A stretch of DNA of 64,000 nt from positions 480,001 through 544,000 of the forward strand of contig OY968796.1 of assembly GCA_963695545.1 (NCBI GenBank), written 5' to 3'. Shown in pieces: positions 57,583 through 64,000 of this stretch. This stretch comes from Terriglobia bacterium. GTDB lineage: Bacteria; Acidobacteriota; Terriglobia; Acidiferrales; UBA7541. Position numbers and translations under genes: made by a program. The notes beneath the pieces are model-generated. The model was not told the origin of the DNA. It worked only from the letters and a program-made list of their open reading frames with translations, and searched no databases. Positions within the stretch are counted from its first letter, which is position 1, and each line of letters opens with the position of its first letter.

Positions 57583-58371
57583 ATGCCGGCCGTTTCCGCC
57601 ATCCTGATCGCGCGCAACGAAGAATCCGAGTTGCCGCGAGCGCTCGAATCGCTCGAAGGCGTGGCGGACGAAATCGTGTTGGTGGATTCGGGCAGCACCG
57701 ACCGCACCGCGGAAATCGCTCGCGCGGCGGGCGCGCGGGTTTTCGCGCGCCCTTTCGCGAACTTCGCCGATCAGAAAAATTACGCCGCCGCGCAAGCTTC
57801 AAACGACTGGGTGTTTTCGCTCGATTGCGATGAAGCGCTTACGCCGGAGCTGCGCGCTTCGCTGCTCGCCTGGAAGCTTGAAACTCCCGTGCGATCGGGC
57901 TACGAAATCGAGCGCATGACGAATTATCTGGGCGGATGGATACGCCATTCGGGGTGGTATCCGGACCCCATCGTGCGGCTCTACCATCGCGGGCATGGTC
58001 AATTTGTGGGAGCGATTCACGAAAGCGTGCGGCTCGATGGGCCCGCGGGGCGCCTTTACGGTCTTCTGCATCATTACAACGTTGGCACCTACGAAGAACA
58101 TCTCGCGAAGATCGATGCGTTCACGACCATCGCCGCGGCCGAACTCCACGAACGCGGGCGGCAGCGCTGGCGCTCAGGAATGTACGTCGCCGCGCCATGG
58201 ACTTTTTTTCAGCGCCTGGTGCTGCAGCTCGGGTTTCTCGATGGGCGGCGCGGCTGGATGATCGCGCGGACTTCGGCTCAGTATGTGTGGCTGAAGTATC
58301 GAAAGCTGGGGGCGCTGGTGCGCGCGAACGGCGCGCGGGAGCAAGCTAGACCGGAAACGAAGACCGGCTAA
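57583..58371 (+). CDS. GT2 glycosyltransferase (WaaE/KdtX-like)
   Basis: IARNEE, VDSGSTD, QKNYA, WVFSLDCDE, GWYPD, IHE, LGFLDG. Confidence 0.88.
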   Translation: MPAVSAILIARNEESELPRALESLEGVADEIVLVDSGSTDRTAEIARAAGARVFARPFANFADQKNYAAAQASNDWVFSLDCDEALTPELRASLLAWKLETPVRSGYEIERMTNYLGGWIRHSGWYPDPIVRLYHRGHGQFVGAIHESVRLDGPAGRLYGLLHHYNVGTYEEHLAKIDAFTTIAAAELHERGRQRWRSGMYVAAPWTFFQRLVLQLGFLDGRRGWMIARTSAQYVWLKYRKLGALVRANGAREQARPETKTG

Positions 58372-58389
58372 CGCGGAAGCGGATTTCTG

Positions 58390-60768
58390 CTACGGTGAGA
58401 CCTGAAGTGTGGTGGTAGAACCCTGGTAGGTGCTGTCTCCGCCATAAGTAGCCACAACTGAAGTGGCGCCGACGGGCAATTGCGTCACGGCAATAACTCC
58501 AGTGCCGTTCGGGGCAAGCGTGGCCGTGCCGAGCTGTTGACCGTTCGCGGTGAGCGCGACCGTTCCGGTCGGCGTCGTGGTGCCCGAATTGCCGAGCACA
58601 AGGACCGTGAACACGGTGTTGGAGGCGGAGCTGGAAAGAGTCGTGACGGTTGCGACGAGCGCCGCCGCCACCGTCACGGAACTCGTGGCGGACGCGGAGA
58701 GCGCATTGTTGTCGTCGCCGTTGTAAATCGCTTCCACTTTGTCCGCGCCCGTCGGCAAGCTCGTGGTCGTCAAGCTGGCATCTCCGTTGCCATCGAGAGC
58801 GCCTTCGCCCAGGACGACGGAGTCCGAGAGGAATGTTACGTCGCCGGTCGGCGTGGATTGACCCGTCACATGCGCCGACAGCGTGACCGGCGAACCCTGG
58901 CGTTGCGTGGAATCGGGCGCGGTCAACGTGGTGGTGGTTTGCGCCTTGCCGTTAAATACCGAATCCAAAAATCCGATTCGCAGACCGAGCCAACTCGTAA
59001 GATAAGCGACTTCGCCGTCATAACTCCCCGCCGCCTGTGAGTCGGGCCAAACTTTGATTCCCTGCATCGGCCAACGCGCGTCGTTATTGGCTTGCGACTG
59101 TTCGAGCGTGACGGCTTCCTGATTGATGGAGGCAAGCCAGGCCGTGAGCACCCCGTTGTTTTTGAGAGCGTTCCACTGCGTGGTGACGTCCGCCTTGAAG
59201 TCAGGGTCTTTGAACCATTGCGGGTACCAGGGATTCTGCGTCTGCATCCAGAGAACCGTTGGGTTCACGATGGGCGTTGCGGCGGCGTTACCGGAACTGT
59301 AGTCAAAATCCCAAACCGGGCCCATATAGAGCAGCGGATTGTCGATGTTCTTATAAAGATAGTCGCTGCTGAAAAATATGCCGCCATCGACGTTCCCCAT
59401 CAGCTCATTGACGATGTAGAAGTTGACGGCGGAAGCTTCGTCGAAATAGCCGCGCCAGCCGAGCGTTGGATCCGTAAAGTTAGCAGCAAAAAGAGCGGTT
59501 TCCGCGGTGTCCACGTAGTTGGAAATGTAGGACGTTTGCTGAGGCACTTCCGGATCGGGAGTGAAATCCGGATCCTGTAGCCCGATGGGTATGTTGTGCG
59601 GCGTAAAGAATACAAAGGCCTCGTCTTCATAGTGATCGATTTCCATGAAATAGCCGCCGGTGATGTCGTCGGTGATATCGGTTTCCGCGAGTTCATTGAT
59701 ATTGATCCGGTGGCTATCGACGTTGACCTTCTCGATGAGCTGATAGTTGCCCTCATAAACGCCGTTCAGATACAGCTCGACAAAAAGCGAATGCGCCGCC
59801 CACGGCATGAGCGTGGATGTGCCGCTGGGAGTGGGCGAGTCGGCGGGAGAATTAAGATAACCGTTGCCGATGGGAATGCTGTTGGCCAGCGCGGACGCGG
59901 ACCAATCGCGCAGCAGAGTCTTGTCGTCGTAGTTCGCCAGCAAGACTTAGGTCTTGCTCTTGTCGCAGGTCGGCTTCGCTTTCGTTCCGGTCACATAGGG
60001 ACACGTAAGACCCATGGTGTTGAGCAGATCCAGGCTCGTGTTCAGTTTGAATTCGTAAGCGAGTTTCGGCATGTAGGCTGTGGAATGGCCGTGCACGTGG
60101 AACACGGCAGTGTCGTCCGTGTCGCTAGCGTTGGGGAGATAAGAAGTTTGGCCGTTGGCGGACGTAATCGTGATGGTGCCGGGGATATCGACCGTTTTGC
60201 TGACGATCGGTTGACCGCTTGTGTTGATTGTCGCGATGGGCAGATTGATTTCACTGGCGGCGGGCGCAAACGAAGGATTTGATAGCGAAACCGTCAGGGC
60301 CAGCGGACTCGAGATCTCGGCCACGCCTTCGACTCCTAGAACCGTCACGGAACTTGTGGCGCTGTTAACTTCCGGAGCGGCAGGAGGGTTCGTGTAAAAA
60401 AAAGCCGCCTGGTCGGCGGAGACCGAGGCGCTGAGGTTGATTGTTCCCGAACCATTGCCGGTCACCGTCAATGGGGAGACGCTGATGCCGGAAGGCAGTC
60501 CTGTCAGCGTGATGTTGGTCGGGCCGGTGTACGTGCTGCCCGCCACAGTAACATTGACGGGGACGTTCTGCTCGCCGGGGTAGATCGTGATCGCATTTGG
60601 CGTGGCCGTCACGGTTCCGGAGCCAACACCGATCTGGGTACCGGCCGGAGGGGGAGCTGCAGGTGGGGATGAGTTACCGGACGAGGCGCATCCAACCAAA
60701 ACTGGGGCCGCAAGAAGTGGCAGCCACCGCAGAACCTTGAGGGCCGAAACAAAGTGTGACCGGTTCAT
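58390..60768 (-). pseudogene. CotH-kinase-family lipoprotein with C-terminal Ig-like (Big_3-like) repeats, interrupted by one in-frame TAA at 59949-59947
   Basis: Two track ORFs share one frame (KSKT*VLLANYDDKTLLR); LVGC lipobox, HGHST…KLAYEFKL, YEGNYQLIE, GNVD, MGPVWDFD. Confidence 0.85.
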
Positions 60769-60935
60769 GGTGCTCAAGATTTCAGCTATGAATTATGAGG
60801 ACGCGCGAAATTCTACACCAATCTAGCGTCCATTGCATTGGCTGAATTGGACTCCGCCGAAGCGTCCGGCGGCAGGTTCCATGGAATTCCGCGTGCCCGG
60901 GGATGCCTGCGCAATATTTAAGCGTGAAATGTGCG

Positions 60936-61184
60936 CTACAGAACGATGTGCGTGTCGGTTCGCTCGATGCCTTCGATGGCCTGAATTTTTTCCATCACCA
61001 AATCGTCAAGCTCCGGCTGCGTTTCCACTTCGGCGTACGCGATAACGTCCGGCACGCCCCAGCAAGGTTGGGCGGTCAGCACTCCGGGGAGTTGCGTCAA
61101 TTCGTGAGCGATCGCTTTGGAACGGCCCGCGCGCGTGTGGATCAGTATGTAGGCGCGAATCGTGCGCTTGCGAGGCTGCTGCAT
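60936..61184 (-). CDS. Stand-alone Lrp/AsnC ligand-binding (RAM) domain protein
   Basis: RAYILI, LPGV…WGVPDVIA, IEGIERTDTHI. Confidence 0.8.
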   Translation of the reverse strand: MQQPRKRTIRAYILIHTRAGRSKAIAHELTQLPGVLTAQPCWGVPDVIAYAEVETQPELDDLVMEKIQAIEGIERTDTHIVL

Positions 61185-61320
61185 GAAGACCCCCACTGCT
61201 GCTAACGCATGTTAACCGGAAACGCCCTAAAAACCGAAACGCCGGCCGTCCCGGGTTCTCGGGAGGGCCAGCGTTTTGGCAACTGTTTGCGCCAGTTTTT
61301 TTTGCCTTCGCGAGTTCCTC

Positions 61321-61656
61321 CTATCCGTGCAGAGATTTTCCAGTTGCGGACGAGCCGCCGACGACCCAGCGCCCCGTTTGCTCCAGGAATTCGAGTCCTA
61401 CGGCGTAGCCCTGCCCAGAGAGCGGCTGGCAATACGCCACGCGCGCCCGGGCGCGAAACGTTCCGGGCAGCGAGACAAAATCGAGATCTTCATTGGCCCG
61501 CCAACGCCGCACGCTGACGACGCGCACGCCGCGCGGACTGACGTTTTCGGTGAACGCCGTTTCGGTGCCCGGCGTTTCGGAATTGCCGCAAAGATGAACG
61601 GCCAGCATCATCGGAATCCTTTTTTCCCAACGCCCGAGTTCAAACGGTCTGACCAC
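61321..61656 (-). CDS. Single-domain PilZ protein
   Basis: RWEKR (RxxxR), NVSPRG (D/NxSxxG), ARVAYC…VGLEF. Confidence 0.8.
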   Translation of the reverse strand: MVRPFELGRWEKRIPMMLAVHLCGNSETPGTETAFTENVSPRGVRVVSVRRWRANEDLDFVSLPGTFRARARVAYCQPLSGQGYAVGLEFLEQTGRWVVGGSSATGKSLHG

Positions 61657-61687
61657 GTAGGCCTCGCTTCAAAATTTCGGTGACAAC

Positions 61688-62989
61688 TCAGAGACATGCC
61701 GCGATGCGCGCCAAACTATTGACGGCCCCATCGCCATGACCCTTCATGCGGTACAGCGCGCTATCGGCTACGGAAAACAATTGCTCGATGTTCTCGCCGT
61801 CGCGCGGAAACACGGCCGCGCCGACGCTGCAGGTGATGCGCGGGAGCTCGCCATCCTGCGCCAGGCGGTCGCAGATGCGCCGCCCGACCGCGGCGGCGGC
61901 GTTGATATCCGCTTCGGGCAGCACCACGGCGAATTCGTCTCCGCCGTAGCGCGCCGCGGTGTCCATCGTCCGGCAACTGGTACGCATCTTCGCGGCCAGG
62001 CGTCGCAGTGCGCTACTGCCGACCAAGTGACCGTAACGGTCGTTGACGCTCTTGAGCGCGTCGAGATCGAAGAGCAGCAGAGAGAATGGCCGGCCCGTGC
62101 GGCGCGAGCGCTGAATTTCAGCTTCGAGCGTTTGCACCAAAGTGCGGTAATTGCCGAGGCCCGTGAGCGAATCGGTCACGGCGAGATGACGCACTTGATC
62201 GAACAAGCGGGCGTTGTCGAGCAACGCGCCGCCGAGCACCACGGCGTAGCTGGTAACCTTGAGCACCTGCGCGAGCGTGAATGGCGCGTCCAGCGAATTC
62301 TGGGACTGGCTGGCAGCCACGTGGCATGCGACGTTCAACCAACACGCGGCCCACAAGGCGTAGTCGAAGGCCGAGCGATCGTGGCGCAGGCGGCGCCGGC
62401 AAGCCATCGCGGCGAGCACGAAGAGAAACGCAGGAAGCAAATCCCAGGGACGCGCGATCAGTGCCAGCGGGTGAATCGCCGGCTCGACCGGATAACTCAG
62501 GAACGCCGCGCTGGTTAGATAGGCGACCACACCCACCACCACAAGCGCCACGAAAATTTCTCGGCTCGGTTCGCGCGAGCTGGGCAGCCGCTTTTCGACC
62601 GTAAGCCCGGCAAGAATCAGCACCGCAAGCAGCGTCCGGCTGACCATCCAGGCCAGCGGAATGTGCGATTGCGCAGGCAAGCCCGACGCGAGCACGCTGT
62701 AAAAGCCGAACACGGTGATGGTTTCAATCAGGCCGGCCAGAACGAAACCGAAAGCCAGGATCAGCGTCAGGCGATCGTGCGTGCCGCGGAAGCGCACCAG
62801 GGCGTTGGCGGCAAACGTGAAACCGAGCAAGCTGCCGACAATCTGCAAATAAGAAAATAGAATCGGATCCGAGGAGAACGGTTCGCGCCGCAGCCACGTC
62901 ACCAAGGCGATGAAGGCGATCGCGGCGACGGCCGCAAGCGGCCAACGAAACGCGCGAATCACCCGACGAATTGCGGAAAGCTCGAACAC
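61688..62989 (-). CDS. Membrane diguanylate cyclase (multi-TM sensor + GGDEF)
   Basis: About 8 TM segments; TDSLTGL, RTMD I-site, RYGGDEF. Confidence 0.92.
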   Translation of the reverse strand: MFELSAIRRVIRAFRWPLAAVAAIAFIALVTWLRREPFSSDPILFSYLQIVGSLLGFTFAANALVRFRGTHDRLTLILAFGFVLAGLIETITVFGFYSVLASGLPAQSHIPLAWMVSRTLLAVLILAGLTVEKRLPSSREPSREIFVALVVVGVVAYLTSAAFLSYPVEPAIHPLALIARPWDLLPAFLFVLAAMACRRRLRHDRSAFDYALWAACWLNVACHVAASQSQNSLDAPFTLAQVLKVTSYAVVLGGALLDNARLFDQVRHLAVTDSLTGLGNYRTLVQTLEAEIQRSRRTGRPFSLLLFDLDALKSVNDRYGHLVGSSALRRLAAKMRTSCRTMDTAARYGGDEFAVVLPEADINAAAAVGRRICDRLAQDGELPRITCSVGAAVFPRDGENIEQLFSVADSALYRMKGHGDGAVNSLARIAACL

Positions 62990-63045
62990 CAGATCCCCCA
63001 GCTGCTACGGCGAACTTAATCTCAAAATGCAACAGCGCCATTTAG

Positions 63046-63062
63046 TGCAACCAGAGTGCCGA
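63046..63062 (-). promoter_or_regulatory. sigma54 (-24/-12) promoter upstream of the membrane DGC
   Basis: Minus strand TCGGCACTCTGGTTGCA: GG-N10-GC with GGCAC and TTGCA. Confidence 0.65.
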
Positions 63063-63564
63063 AATTTGGCAAGCGGACGCTAGGCGTGTAATATGCTGAA
63101 AATGCAGCTACTTACGCGAATGAGTAAAAGAGGTTAGTAACCGTCGGGGCAAACTATCCCACAGACCTTGTGTATTTTGGTGACCAGATCGGTCGGCGAG
63201 TACTCAGCGGCGGGCGGCAGGAAGCTCTGATGCGGGCCGAAACTGAACGGGATGAGGAGCGCAGAACTATCGGGAAACGACGGCGAAAATGGGCGCGCGA
63301 CGCTTGCAGCGGCGGCTGGAGACTGAAACCGCGCACCCCCGGTAGTCCGGAAATTCGATTAGAGAAATCGCCCGCCGTCGGATTGGCGGTGTGCTCAGGA
63401 ACTCGACTGGCGAATTGCACACGGACGTGGTTGGGTGTAGGTTATCGGTCGGCCCGGAATCAAGGTGCGACTTCCAGTTTCGAGTCTGAGCTTGAAGAAC
63501 GCGAGACGTTCTCGCGATCGGCAAGGCTAGTAGTCTCTCTTAAAGTTAGGATAATTGCCTCCGC

Positions 63565-64000
63565 ATGTCGGATGAAGGTCAAAAACCTCCGGACAAGCAG
63601 ACCTTAGCGTTCGCTCGCGACCGTCGTGGAGCGGTGCGTCACGAATTCAACGCCATGGCCAAGATGATCGATCCGAAATCTGGGGCGCCTGTCGAAATGC
63701 GCGTGCGCGATCTGGCCCTGGGCGGGTGCCGCGTGGAGACGGCCAATCCATTCCCCGTGGGACAGCTGACGAAGATACGCATCACGAAGGAGACGCAATC
63801 CTTCGAGGCCGTGGCCAAAGTCGTCTCCGTGCAAGCCGGAAAAAGCATGGGGCTGTTATTTTCCGGAATCGAATCTGAGCAGCGTCGAATTCTCGAAACG
63901 TGGCTGGCCCAGACCGTCGGCTCCCAGGAGAATGCCTGGCGGGAATCCAACCGCCGAAGGAGTCAGCGAATCCTCCTGCGCGTTCCGGTGATTGTCTCGG
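63565..64000 (+). CDS. Tandem PilZ-domain protein, truncated at the window end; absent from the ORF track
   Basis: MSDEGQK…RRGAVR…RDLALGGC…MGLLF, then a second RRRSQRILLRVPV. Confidence 0.85.
   Translation, partial: MSDEGQKPPDKQTLAFARDRRGAVRHEFNAMAKMIDPKSGAPVEMRVRDLALGGCRVETANPFPVGQLTKIRITKETQSFEAVAKVVSVQAGKSMGLLFSGIESEQRRILETWLAQTVGSQENAWRESNRRRSQRILLRVPVIVS

Noticed and set aside
59947..59949. Selenocysteine, pyrrolysine or stop-codon reassignment in the CotH gene
   Set aside because: The codon is TAA, not TGA or TAG, and TAA terminates many normal genes here
63145..63200. c-di-GMP-I riboswitch suggested by GGCAAAC near PilZ/GGDEF genes
   Set aside because: No GNRA-capped stem or second GCAAA-type element follows

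Overview
GC-rich bacterial chromosomal window. The gene content (Gly-rich TonB-dependent receptor, multiple glycoside hydrolases, PilZ/GGDEF proteins, characteristic small hypotheticals) suggests Acidobacteriota, but this is inference. Left to right: uracil-DNA glycosylase; a split, divergently transcribed KdpD with KdpE; small stress proteins; a four-gene GT2/ArnT-like/AsnB-like/UDP-uronate epimerase operon; S10 peptidase; fadN-fadA-fadE; SDR; ispH; an atypical arginase-family gene; a TonB receptor pair; a sugar-acid locus (MFS, enolase-family dehydratase, U32-like protein, 3-hydroxyacid dehydrogenase, GH42); two toxin-first type II TA modules; HAD phosphatase; alginate lyase; diguanylate cyclase; tRNA-Leu(UAA); serine hydrolase; tartrate/D-malate dehydrogenase; an IclR-linked fucose locus; peroxiredoxin; FHA protein; a CotH-kinase lipoprotein gene broken by one in-frame TAA; and a c-di-GMP cluster with a sigma54-type promoter. 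The most unusual signal is a pair of related elements at about 35.7-36.3 kb and 44.5-44.8 kb. Each lies back-to-back with a TA operon and has the same layout: TTGACA-N18-TAT(C/G)nT promoter, ATG 5 nt later, an ORF running through an array of degenerate ~24-bp repeats (exact 39-bp period in one copy), and an ATGA overlap with the next gene. No CRISPR, integrase or transposase was seen. All calls are by eye from motifs; no searches were run.
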